Under the pieces are notes generated by a model. The model ran no database searches, was not told where the DNA came from, and saw only the letters and a list, made by a program, of their open reading frames with translations. This document shows positions 27,330 to 40,272 of a DNA stretch of 64,000 bases, piece after piece; position 1 is the stretch's first letter, and each line of letters opens with the position of its first letter. Source of the DNA: Octopus bimaculoides (lineage: Eukaryota); contig NC_068983.1 of the NCBI RefSeq assembly GCF_001194135.2, forward strand, positions 167,401,118-167,465,117, given 5' to 3'. The translations under genes were made by a program, and so were the position numbers.

Positions 27330-28145
27330 TCTCTTCCTTCTCCAAATGATGTCAGCCTGCTGCTGTAAGAGCACGAAGCCTGTTATATACTGTGCCAAAT
27401 GGAATTAGGCTATTTATGTGGTGGAATATAAAAATAAAGAAAGTATGAATAACACAGGGAACGAGTGGCCAAAATTGTAAATACGTCAGGGATTTTGAAA
27501 TTTGTTGGTGTTTTCTTCCTTCTCAAAACAATGTCAGTGAATGCAAAGCTTTTAAGCTGCGCCAAATAGAATTAAGCTATTTATGTGGTAGAATATACAA
27601 ATATAATAGTGGAACGATTGGTCAAAAATGGAATTATAAGGAACTTGGTGTTTTCCTTCTCAAAATGATGTCGGTGTGCTGCGAGTGCAAAACGTTTTGT
27701 ACCGAATAATATTTGGCTATTTATATTGGTGGAATATAAAGGGTGCGACAAAAATACTGCAATTCACTAGTCTTGACAAAACTTTTAGCAGCAAATGTAT
27801 AACACACACCAAACCAAAATGTGATGGGGGTAAAGAAAGGGTAAAACGTTAGTTATACGAAGACGTCATTGTTATCCGTCTAACTTCACTGGCACCACAC
27901 CAATGTCCATGTAAAATATGGGAGATTTTTCGGCCGCACACTGTATAAAGCAATGAACGAGCGGTCAAAATTGCAATAGGCCAGAAACTTAGAACTTGGT
28001 CAGTGTTTACCTCTTTCTCAAAACGATGTCAGTGTGCTTGTTATGGGTTCAAACATTTCATGTTTCTACTAAATGGAATTTGTGTTTGTGAAATGTATTT
28101 ATATATATAAATAAAACAGTGATACGATATAGCGGTCAAAAAGGG
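27330..28145. repeat. Degenerate tandem array, ~140-180 bp unit, 4-5 copies
   Basis: Anchor C(C/T)TTCTC.AAA..ATGTC.G at 27336, 27518, 27655, 28013; GCTATTTAT at ~27409, 27576, 27716; GG(T/C)CAAAA at ~27467, 27620, 27963, 28134. Confidence 0.75.
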
Positions 28146-29599
28146 AATGTGAGAAGCGCGTCCGGTTGTGTATAATCTATTTCTTCTTTTCGGCTCCCAC
28201 GTTTGTTGTAAATTGTAAATAAACGTTGTAACTAGGACAAAATCTAAAGAACAATTTCAACAGGGTCTCAGATATTTATCAGGCAAAAATTAAATGAGAA
28301 TTATCTGTTATTACTTAACACAGTAATTAATGCTGCTGTTATTAATTTAGATACATGAGGTAGTTATTAGAGTTGTAAGCTGAGGTGGGTTGAAGTTTTC
28401 TGTGCATCCATGTGGTTTGGGGGTCAGCTCTACTGTGCAGCACCTTTGACAAGTATCTTGTACTACAGCCCCTGACTGATCAATGCCTTGTGAGTGAATT
28501 TAGTGGGCTGAAACTGTTCAGAAGCTTGCCTCAATAAACCCCATGCATAAAAATATTTAGTCCTCGAGTCACTTTGTAATTTTTGCTGATTACATGTATG
28601 TATGACTGTGTGCATGCATGGACATCTTTGTGCTTTTACTGTTTCAAAACCAGTTTTGGTTTGTTTACACCCCCATAATTTAACGGTTCAGCAATCTACA
28701 ACATAAAATCTGGATTTATTAAAATTATCGCTGTTTCTTCACGACTTATAATTACCAAATAGAAATTAAGATCAGCTCTATCAGAGAAGGTGATATAGAA
28801 TCGTGAATTCTCCAAGGTTAACATACCATTAAGGAAAAAAAAGGGGACTGTCATGGATACATGTTTCTAGTTCAATAGCCAGCATCAACACAACAATCAT
28901 CCAACCTTATCACCAGTGGCTGAAGGACTTAGAGTTATATAAAATAGAGTAAAAACCATTTATGGCCAAAGTAATTTGCATAATTTAGACAAAGGTGAGC
29001 AAAGAGAAACAACTGAGAATGTGCCCAGTGCCATGTGTGTTCAAATAAGACAGATAAATACTGTTGTGTCAAATACCATAGAACATAAATTCTGGATTTT
29101 AAAATTTACTTTGGCCTCTAATAGGATGTATCGTGATTATCAAATAGTAATTAAAACCAGCTCCATGAGAAGGGAAGATGATCCTTAGAGTCAAGGATTC
29201 TCCAAAACTGACATGCAATAAAGGAAAAGAACAGGCTTATCATCTGGAGATGTGTGTGTCAAAAACAAAATGGAATACTTTGAGAACTTTATCATGGATA
29301 AAAGAAAATATTTATGTTTTAATCAAAATATGCTACCAGTTTCAATTGTTTTAAAAAAACAGTTTAGTCATGCTGAAATAGAAGTAAATTGAAATAAATG
29401 AATCTTTAATGATATCAGTTCTAGGAGTGAACATATTTCTCTTACAAAATTCACGTTGCTGGTTGTTCCTTTCCTCCTGACGAGCCGCTTAGTAGTAGAA
29501 GTAGTAGTAGTTGTCCCTTGTCATGAAAGAGTGATTGTAAGTTGTAGGAGCAGCAGCAATGCTAGTGGCTGTAGTAGTCACAGTCTTTTCTACTAAAGG

Positions 29600-29797
29600 C
29601 ACAAGGCCTGAAGTTTTGGGGGAAGGGGCAAGTCAATTTAGATCGATCCCAGTATTTCACTGGTACTTAATTTATCGACCCTGAAAGGGTGAAAAGTAAA
29701 GTTGACCTCGGCAGAATTTGAACTCAGAACGTAGTGACAGACGAAATACCTCTAAACATTTCGCCCGGCGTGCTAACGGTTCTGCCAGCTTGTTGCC
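29600..29797 (-). mobile_element. tRNA-derived SINE with a Deu/Nin-domain-like core
   Basis: Head GCTGGCAGAACCGTTAGCACGCCGGGCGAAATG..TTCTGAGTTCAAATTC; core GAGGTCAACTTT..CCTTTCAGGGTCGATAAATTAAGTACCAG. Related copies at 14850-15130, 30000-30260, 61190-61350(-). Domain naming is from memory. Confidence 0.75.
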
Positions 29798-31841
29798 TTT
29801 GTAGTAGTCATAGTAACAAGTCGAAGCAACAGTGGCAGCGTCAGCAATAGTTGCAGCAGCAGTGATGGTAGCGGCCCTTGCACTACCGACACCACCACCA
29901 CCAGCAGCAGCAGAAATGCTAAACATGTATGGCCTTTGACATTCCTGACATTTGTGAGCTGAGCAAATGTAGGTCACTCTTGGCAGCGTTGTTAGCACAT
30001 CAGACAAATTGCTGGGCAACATTTCTTACTGCTCTTTATGGTCTGAGTTCAAATCAGGCCAAGGTCAACTTTGCCTTTCATCCTTTCGAGGTCAAGTACT
30101 AAACAAGTACTGCAGTTGATGTAACCAACGTATCTCCTCAAATTTGCTGGTCTCATGCCAGCAATGTTGGCATTGATCCTGTTGAGGTCAATTTTGCCTT
30201 CCATCCTTTTGAGATCTATAAAATAAAAGATCTGGAGTCTTTTAAAATCAACCTTCATATCTCAGAATTCAGAGAAGGTACCACCTAAATTAGAGACCAT
30301 TCTTTTGGTATTTGAATCTTTGTTCCTTTGATAATCTTTGTATTTTAATCCTGCTGAGATCAACTTTGCCTTTCACTATTACGCAGTTAATAACATAGAA
30401 GTTCTGTTGATGTACTGGAATGGATACAACCAACTAAGCCTTATTCCTCAAAATTTAGGTTTTGCATCTAAATTAAAAGCCATTCTTTTGGCATCTGAAT
30501 TCTCACTTATATCATAATTCTTAATGAATTTAGTCATTGAGAATGTACCAGAAGGAAGGGTTAACATGTTTTTAAGGCTGGATGCCTCTCTTAAAGCCAA
30601 CAATTTTACAGAGTGTACTCGGTGCTTTCTATGTGGTGCTGGCACAGATGCTTTTACATGGCGCCAACGCAGGGCATTGTTACGTGGCACCAGCATGGGT
30701 ACTATTTATGAGCCAACAACACTTTATATCAAATTTTGGAGGATCACTTTCATCCCTTTGGAGTTTTTAAGACAATTTACCTTCACTTTTTTTCTTGGTA
30801 AACTGCATGTTAACCAAGGGAAGTACTGTATTTGATGGTGTAAAAGATGTGCAACCATATTAGATGCAGCCCAACTTTAAGAAAATGTTTTTAGTGCAAT
30901 TTCACATAGAGGACCAGGGGTAAGTTTTTGAGACGTCTTTTGGGAAAATAGTGTGTCTTATATGCCATCAAATAGGATATCTTACTATGAGTTGTGTTTC
31001 TTTTTATCTATAGAATAGTCACAAAGCTTCCATTTAGTTTCAATTTATTTTCAGTTAACATGTAGTTTTAGTGTCACAAAAAATTAAATTGCACCAGAAT
31101 GACAGTAGTGAAATTCCATAATTTAATAAACTCAAGCGTTGGAACTTCCACCAGAGAAAATGGTATAATTGGGTGTTTGATGTTTGGTGCAGCAGAGAGA
31201 GATACAGGAAAACGCTGCCAATCCTTGATTGTACACATAAAAACATTTTGGTCCTTTATAATGCAATAGATATTACCAGGGATGTGTTTGATATTCGTGT
31301 GAGAGGCTTCTAATCTTAGTTTATGCCCCATATATTGTAGTGAACATTCTTTGAATTTTGTTGATCCTAAGAGGAGAGCATCCATGGACAGAGTATCTAT
31401 CACAGGACGATGGACACTTGCCATGAAGAAATTCAAGTGACAATTCAGAATGAATCCTGATTTACTTATATCATATCTCTATCAACATACAGATTGTGAA
31501 ATAGCTTTAAAAACCACGAAACTACTCTACATATGTTCTATGCATTGTCTTCCTCTTATCCAAATGCAATGGAATTATTAGATTTCACTTCAGGTTTGTT
31601 TTGCTATTTACTCTCATCTTTTTGTTATTACACTAAACTGCATGTAATAAGGTGGTGGTGGTGGTGGTGGTGGCAGCGGCGGCGGCAGTGGTGGTGGTGG
31701 TGGTGGATTTCTGTCATTCAACAATGAAGAGTTGCTGGTTCAAGTGTCTCAATTAATGATTAAGCATTCTACACAGACGCTTAACCTTAGCATATTTCTC
31801 AGGCAGAATCCGCATGACATTGGCAGTGATGAGGCTGTATC

Positions 31842-32001
31842 CAAGACCACCTCAGCAGTAATATAGGCCCCTGGGGGCAAATCAATGCACTGGGTCCTAT
31901 TGTATTTATTTATTGAAAGGGGCAAATGTCATAGTTGGGCCCCTAAGACTGTGCAGCCCCTCGGCAACTGCCCAGTATGCCCATGCTTTAAGATGGTCCT
32001 G
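31842..32001. mobile_element. hAT-type MITE, 160 bp
   Basis: Imperfect TIRs CAAGACCACCT / (rc) CAGGACCATCT; 8-bp TSD GCTGTATC (31834-31841) / GCTGTACC (32002-32009). Confidence 0.7.
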
Positions 32002-33229
32002 GCTGTACCTTTTGAATTACAGATACATCCACCTGACAGGTTGATGGTTTCTATACAGACTGGACACTGAAACGGTCATTCTGAGGTTAGAAAATATATT
32101 TGCCCAAGATACTACACAGGAAATTGAACCCAAAGCCTTGCTGTTACAGAGCCAACTTCTTAAACCAATCAACCACACTGTGCCTTTATACGTTATATAC
32201 AGGAAAAAAGAATTTTTTAAATATCTTTGTTGCCAAAGGAACAAAATTATGCAAATAAGAATCACACTTTATGACAAAAAAAAGTGTTTTGTTACGACAT
32301 TTGATACAAAGCTTGCAGCAGCAGAGGAGCTAATATTAAAAAACACGGATATTTAAATTTCATCAAGTTGATATTATATCTGCCATTCAAAGATGTTTAA
32401 CCTCTTTCTTTTTTCAATTCTTTTACCAGATTTTGTAACAACAGAAGAGAAACTTTGTTGAAGATTACCATGTGTCTTCCATGATGTTAGATGAGAAGTA
32501 ATTGGAGATTTCTCAACTCAATGGGTTCGTTGGCAGTTGTTGCAGTGGAGCACTGGTAAGTGGCAGTGGGGGGTCACAGAGGCAAGGAGTGTTGTACTAT
32601 TACTATGATGTGTGTTGCATGAATAAAAGCAAAGAGCTTAGTGTTGTGTATTAGAACAATACCCAGCAGATAGGTGGTCATCATTTGGCGATTTTACTGA
32701 ATAATGGACAAATGTACTCCATTGGTTTGTTCCCTAATTTTGTCTGATAACAGGCATTTAGTGTGTCCACTAGATACTACCCTATCATGTGGATGGGGCT
32801 TAATAAAGAATGATTTTCCAAGAATTACATTTCCCAAATCAGGCTGCATCTTCCATGATACAGCCTCTACTATACTACAAACTACAGTATATAAAAACAG
32901 TCTTTTACCCCCTAAATGCCAAACTATTTTTGAAGAGATATAAACAGATGTTGTTTCTCACAGCAGTGAATCAAAATATTCAGTTTTTAATAATAAACAT
33001 ATGTCTCTCAGTGATTTTGGTAGAAGCCCTGAAATGTATGTCATTAATAGCTCAAAACAGATGATAGTGTGGCTTGGTTGCATGTATCCCTCTAAAGATA
33101 TCCTTAAGAAAAATATAAGCACCTAATCTGATCTCACGTAAGTTTGTGTATAAGAACTTCTTTCCTTTTCTGACTTCCGTGAGCAATTTGGTGGGAGGGG
33201 GGNNNNNNNNNNGGGGGGGGGAAGCCACC

Positions 33230-33620
33230 ACAGCTCATTGCTCAGTTCCTTCGTTTTCATCAGAGTCCTCCTGGCCACCACAAACGAGTTTCTGACTGGC
33301 TGTCCATGGGAACTCCTATAAACTGATCTCCTGGTTTTCATAGCTAAATCCATAGGGGAATCAGAGAGGAAACTTCCGGCATGGAAGCTAAACCTGAAGT
33401 CGAGAGAGTTTAAGGTGAACTTTGCAAAGACAAAAGATTGAGTTTGTAGGAAAGAAGACAGGATCCTGGGTCAGGGAAATGGCTTTGCTTGAAATGCAAA
33501 GGAATAGGCATAAATTCCATATATTGTACTCAATAGCAGCTATGGACGCTCAAAAGATATAGCAGAATCACAGGCATATATGTCAGAGAAGCACTGGGGC
33601 AAGATGTTCTCTGAATACAC
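33230..33620 (+). mobile_element. RTE LINE RT/PHD-like fragment
   Basis: TGCPWELLY(AD)DLLVFIAKS (decayed YADD), KVNFAKTK, KWLCLKC..GINSIYCTQ*QLWTLKR. Confidence 0.75.
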
Positions 33621-35344
33621 TGAATGGTTTGGCAGAGAAAATTGATTCACTGGAAATCGTTGCATCCTTATCCACTAATTTTAGCCACATTTTGTGATTG
33701 GTACTTCTTTATGCAACTGTTCTCATCAGTATCATGTTTATTTTAAGCAAACACTGAGAGACAAGTAACCTAACAGTGAGTTGTTAATATGTTAATGTGT
33801 CAGTAGCTTTTAATTTATGATATAAAGTGCTGTATCATTAGATATCATCGAAAAAATATAGGTTCTTTTGAGATCGATATGTTAATTTTAAAAAAATTAT
33901 GTCATAATTAGCAATCGTATCACTTTTAACATGGCATTCATCTTTATCACCATTTTAATGTCTACTTTGCATGGAGAAGATGAGACTCTATTGAAGCAGG
34001 GTTTTCTAAAGCTAAATAGTCTTTTTGATACCAAACCAGTTCCTAAGAAAGGCAAATAATTCCACAGTCTATCAACAACGAACAGCCTGGATATTGTAAC
34101 AAATTTCTAGATAGATGTAGCTTTTAATGCTAATTATGAAAATCATAATTATTTTTTACAGAAATTAAAAGTAAAGAAGTAATGAAATTTCAAAAATTGA
34201 AATTTTTTTCAATTTCAGCCAATCAGATGTAGCCATTTTCCATATGTCCAAAGTTGGAATTGCCATATATTCCCATCACAGCAGATTGAACAAGTGACTG
34301 AGTGGGACATTGAAATGAAATGAATTTAAAGCAGAAAATAGAAAACCAGCATGAGTGACTGAATGGAAAATTTAGGAAGAAATCTGGGGAGATACCTTGA
34401 AAATGAAGGACAATAAAGTGAGATATTTCCAACAGAAGAATATAAATACTTTGGAAAAGAGGAATTACCTGCGAAAATACCAAATAAAGAGTTCTGGACT
34501 TTAAAAAAAAAATCTCTCCTGTGTTATTTAAAAACATGAGACATGTGAATGCTGCCAGCTTTGTGTCTTAGATTTGCAATAATAAAAAATGTTAATGTGT
34601 CATGATGGAGCTCTAACTTCTGGCATCATGAACAAAAATCCTCATCATTCAATGTCCACTTTCTATGCTTGTGTAGGTTGGACAGAGTTGATCAAAGCAG
34701 ATTTTCTATGACCAAACAGATGCCCTTGCTGATGCCAACCCTTACGTTTCCAAACCAAATAATATTTCTTCATGGCCAGATGTGTTTTCAGAAGAATACT
34801 GGAAGTGAATGACAGTGATTCTATGGCAGTGACACTCATTTACAACCATCACATGATGTCAAGACAAGGGGACACAGATATGTACACATCTGACACATGC
34901 AAGCATGGAAATGTTGACACTAAAACAATAATGATTATAATAGAAATGAAATTGAATTTCAGCAAAAAAGATCAATATTGAATTTTAAAATTATTCAATT
35001 CACTTGATATGATAAATTAAAAGCAAAATATTTCAAAATCCCTCTTGCATTTTCAAAAGTAATAAAATGATCTTCAATTTGTACATTTAAGTAGGAACAA
35101 GCATGGCTGTGTGGTTAAAGTATTTGCTTTCTAAACCATGTTGTTTTGGGTTCAGTTACACTGCAGGGCACCTTGGGGAAAGTGTCCTCACCTATAACCT
35201 CAAGCCAACGAAAGACTTTGTGAGCAGCTGTGATAGACAGAAACTGGTGAGTAGGGTGGTTTTGGGACAATACAGAATGAAAAAGACCCATCAGAGGGTG
35301 ATGAACTCAGCAGAGTCAAAGGCCATCCAATTATGTGACACACA

Positions 35345-35347
<3 letters not shown>

Positions 35348-35400
<53 letters not shown>
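35348..35400. repeat. (TA)n microsatellite
   Basis: Direct reading; similar tracts border the gaps at 7036 and 26567. Confidence 0.95.
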
Positions 35401-35403
<3 letters not shown>

Positions 35404-35889
35404 CATATTCACCGGATCTCTCTCTCTCTCCTCCCACCACCATTACCTGATGTCTCTTCTCTCCACTGCTCCTCCTCACTCGGCTGTTCTCTATATATTA
35501 CCTGCACTCTCTCTCTCTCTCTCCTGGGACATATGCAACTAACTCAGTTGCCCTTCGTTTTGTTCTGTCTAGCAATTTCTCATCACCATTACCAGATTCC
35601 TCCCCTTCCTCTCTGGTGCTGTTCTCTATACTACCTGCACCCCCACTCTCTCCCCCCAAAATGCAACTAGGTTAGCTGCCCACCAACTTAACCGACTCCT
35701 TCGTTTCGTCCTGTCTAGAAATATTCCAACAACTACTCCAGTAATTTTCCACATATCAAGTGAAGGAGACAGCTAATGGGCTGTACATGTGTGCTTGATC
35801 GCCTGTGTCTGTGTCTGTTCGTGCTTATGTGTATGTAATGTATGGATGAACTTGCTTCCTCTCTCTCTGTCTGAATCACCCCCCTTACG

Positions 35890-36365
35890 ATGATCATGGT
35901 GCTTATACTCCCAATGCCGCTAACACTTAAAACACCTAATCCTGCCTCTAGTAGGGGCCACAATCTTAATCCTAACGCACTTGAATGTTTGAATGATGTC
36001 AGGTCGGAAGTGAGAACAGATGAAGCATGCCTAAAAAATGAACACGGCAACCTCCCTCTTCTTTTCAGGCACTGAATAACATCTCTCCTCCCCAACCCTC
36101 ACCCCACATTCCTTTCCCAGTTTTCAGAGTTGGCACAGTCAATGTAGGCACGCTGAAAGGTAGGTCTGGTGAGATTGTAGAGATGCTTGAAAGGAGACGT
36201 GTCGATGTGTGCTGCATACAAGAGGTAAGATGGAGAGGAGCTTCAGCTAGGGTCCACACAGGCAAGGCAGATAGGTACAAAATCTTCTGGCAAGGTAACA
36301 CGGATGGAGTGGGGGTGGGGTGAAGGCATACTCCTTGCGGAGAAATGGGTAGATAAAATCATAGA
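35890..36365 (+). mobile_element. RTE LINE 5' fragment (start of AP endonuclease)
   Basis: FRVGTVNVGTLKGRSGEIVEMLERRRVDVCCIQEVRWRG..YKIFWQGNTDGVGVG at ~36123-36320. Confidence 0.88.
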
Positions 36366-36794
36366 GTTATTTAGTCGAGTTTTGCTAATTTCATATCATT
36401 TTTGTTGCATTTCTGAGCTTTCTGATGTCTATGGATAGATATTGATGTGTTTGAGTCTTTTACCAAATGTAATTCTGGAGAACTGAAGAGACAAATTTAG
36501 CTGATCTTGTCTTATTCATTTTTGCCTCAGCTAAATTTTTCTTTTAAGTGCTCAAAGAGAATGGAGATAATTTCTTGAAATAGAGTTCAGATTATTTTAG
36601 TGCATTTAATGAAGGTCATTTGCTGAGCTGATATACATTTTGTAAGGTAGTGAACAATCATCATCATCATCATTGTTTAATGTTTGCCTTCCATGCTAGC
36701 ATGGGTGGGAATGATGTTTGTAAAAAATGTATTGTTTCTCAAAAATGCAGTAAATCTTACTCATTGCGCTCCTCCCACCCCCTATATATATATT

Positions 36795-37185
36795 ATTCTT
36801 TTACTTGTTTCAGTCATTTGACTGTGGCCATGCTGGAGCACTACATTTAGTCAAACGAATCAACCCCAGAGCTTATTCTTTGTAAGCCTAGTACTTATTC
36901 TATCAGTCTGTTTTGCCAAACTTCTAAGTTACAGGAGAAATAAACACACCAACATCGGTTGTCAAGCAATGGTGGGGGTGGGGACAAACAGACACACAAA
37001 CATATACATATATTTATATATTCGACAGGCTTCTTTCAGTTTCCATCGACCAAACTCACTCACAAGGCTTTGGTTGGCCTAAGCTATAATAGAAGACACT
37101 TGCCTAGGGTGCCACGCAGTGGGATCGAACCTGGAACCATATGGTTGGGAAGCAAGCTTCTTATCACACAACTACGCCTGTGCCT
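36795..37185 (-). mobile_element. tRNA-derived SINE, full length
   Basis: Reverse complement of the 12628-12950 family from head to tail. Confidence 0.85.
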
Positions 37186-40100
37186 ATGAAATATAATATA
37201 TATTTACACTATTTCTGCTTTGGTAGCCAAAAGTGCACCTAACCTGACAAGGTGGGTCAGCCTCTAAGCCATGGTGAAGGCAACTAACCCAGGAGAACTC
37301 TGATAGAAAAAGCTGAGGGATGTTGTTCATTTGAGTTTGTGGCAAACATTTGTACCAACTTTTGGCTATCAGCATTTCGAAAAAGTGAGGCTGGTCTTAC
37401 ACAAGACTTCAACAAAGAAATCTAGTCTAAACTAGAATATTAGCTCTTAGACATTGAAGCTGATGGGAGGAGAATGCACAGACCTGTTTGCAGCTATGTT
37501 TTTTGTATGTATGCATTCTATGACAGTCGAGGCAGGTGTTGTTGTTGTTATTTTATCTGTTAAGAATTTATCTGCTCCCTTTACACCTTCATGAAAACAT
37601 GGACTAAAAGATTATTTACTAGAATTAAACAAAACAAAACAAAAACGGATAAACTTTAGCAACATGAAGGTATTTAATTGCAAAACCAATGCTTCAATAT
37701 ATGCCTAACAGAGACAGCCATGGGAAAATGGACATAAAATGAGTGATGACTGACTGCACAAATAAAAAGGCATCAAGAAAAAAATTTGGGTATGTTTTAG
37801 AAATATATAAATGCTGGTAATTATCTCTACTAGTTTAATGTCAGCACAAACACAACTAAATTAATGAATACATAAAGGGAGAGAACTGAGATCTAACTTT
37901 TTTGAGCCCATTTTTATGTGTTGGCCAGTTGACTGATTTCTCCAGTCAGGCTTTGCATTGTGTGTGTGTGTGTGTGTATGTATATATATATATAAGAGAG
38001 AGAGAGGGAGTAAAAGAGAAATACAGAGAGTTAACATAAGAGGTGTAGAACGAGTGTCATGTAACTTTTCGAAAAAAAACAAAACATTCTTTTGTGCTTG
38101 TCCCTGTAACTTAGTGGTTTGACAAAAGAGAAGGATAGAATAAGTATTTGACTTTAAAAAAAAAATTAAGTAATGGGGTTGATTTATTTGACAAGAAACT
38201 CTTTGAGGTAGTGCCCCAGCATGGCTGCAGTCTAATGACTGAAACAAGTAAAAGATAAGATTTTTCAAGGAGCAGATTGTGATTAGACAAATGAGAAATT
38301 TGCTTTATTTAAATTTATTTTAAGGTAATAAATACTTATCTTTTGAAAATTATTATTCATTTCATCTCATTTTGCATAAGCCCCAAGAATTTGATAAAAG
38401 TTAAATTATAATTATTGTATGTCTGCCATATTTCTTGACGTTACCTATAATTGCAAAAGTGCATTTCCAAAGTTATTGGTCATTTGATAGGTAGCAGCAC
38501 TCTAGTTAAGTTTATATTTTGTCTTCAAGAGCAGGGAGTTGACAGAGAAAGTAATACAAGAGACTAAATTGTATTCTGTCCCTTCATATTTAGAACTTAA
38601 ATACTATCAGGCATAATGGGGCTTTTCAGTCTGACTTCAAGAGGACAAATATCAGAAATAAACCATCACAGACCCAATAACCCATGTTTTACCCAAGTCA
38701 CAATACTCACCATCATTATTTTAACACTGACTTTTTTACATGCTGGCATGGGTTGAACAAAACTTCTTGAAGCAGAATTCTTTGGTGGGATGTCCTCCAA
38801 TCATTGTTGTAACATCCAGAGGTTTTCTGTGGTCAGATGCCCTTCCTGCCAACAACCCTCACCTGTTTCCAAGCATGACCACACATGTTTTTGCAGAATA
38901 TTTGAAATGATACTGCTTGTATGACAGGGACACTTGTTTACAACTGTCAAAACAAGGAGACAAACACACGACAGGCTTCTTGTGCATAGCTATCTCTGTG
39001 CACCAAGTGTATACATAATCAGTTTTCCCTTGCCTTATTGTAGCTTTGGAATGACGTCATCTGACTGGCTTGGCAAGCAAGCCAACATTGACACTGAATG
39101 AAAAGCTAACACATCACAGTGGGCAGGAGCAATGTGAAGGGCTTTGCTCAACAACACAATGCAATACTGGTTTAGGAATCAACACCAGTCTTGCAATTGT
39201 AAGCACAACACCATGTGCCTCCATGTGTGTGCGTGTGTAAAGCCACAGCCCCTCAATCCTACTCACCCACCCAATTGAGGTGGTGAGGTTTAGTGACTCT
39301 GTCAGTGCTGGTGCCAAGAGTAAAAAGTACCCAGTACACTCTGTAAAGTGGTTGGTGTTAGGAAGGGCATGAAGCTGTACAAACCATGGAACCTGGTGCT
39401 GCTCCTGTCAAACTGTCCAACCTATGCCAGCATGGAAAATGTATGTTAAACAATGATGTGTGTTTCAATGAAACAATCTCACCAATTAGACTTGTGTTGA
39501 GTCAATCATAAAATAAGCGAACAGTTTGAAAGGGGTACAGGGACTGCTATGATTAACTAAAAAGTCTCCAAGTTTCTAACAGCCACAATCCAAGACCTAA
39601 AACTAATATTATGAAGCATACTGCCTCATCAAAGGAATATATTTTATCATCATCATCATTTAAAATCAGTTTCCCATCCAAGCATGGATCGGAGCCTTTG
39701 ACAGGATTCAAACAAAAGACTGTGTGAAGTTCATTTCTCCACCAAGTGGTTTTGAGTTTATTTCCACTATATGACACCTAGGTCAAGGGTCGTCTGCTAT
39801 ATTCCTTGGCCATCGAAAGCCTTGTGAGTGGATTTGATGGACAGAAACTGAAAGTAACCAAGCTCTCTTAGATTTTTACATTGTTACCATTGAGTGAGAG
39901 TACAAAATGAATAATCAGATCTTTAATATGTAGAGTAATCAAAATAACACAAGAAGTATTGCAGATATTCAATGATATATTTCACATTTTATGTACAGGA
40001 TATGATAAAAATAATGCAAATATACACACAGCATGTATGTGTGTATCTTCAAATGCCATTTAGCAATTCAATTCCAAAGTCTTTATCTGAAACTATAAAA

Positions 40101-40272
40101 GAAAATCTTTTTGGAATGTCTTTAAAAAATGAAGGCTAACATCCTGTTGCCATGACTTAGCTGTCTTATGAACTTCAATTTTTTACAGAAATAAAATTTT
40201 AAAAAAATCATTCCTTATTGTTTTGTTAAACAACATTGGGTCAAAAGAAATATAAATGTGCAACGAGAGGTT

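Noticed and set aside
27330-28145. CRISPR-like repeat-spacer interpretation of the tandem array
   Set aside because: Eukaryotic context, degenerate blocks, variable spacing, and the spacers are related to one another
29800-29920. (GCA/GTA)n-rich segment giving a poly-Ala/Gly antisense ORF
   Set aside because: Low-complexity trinucleotide repeat next to a SINE head
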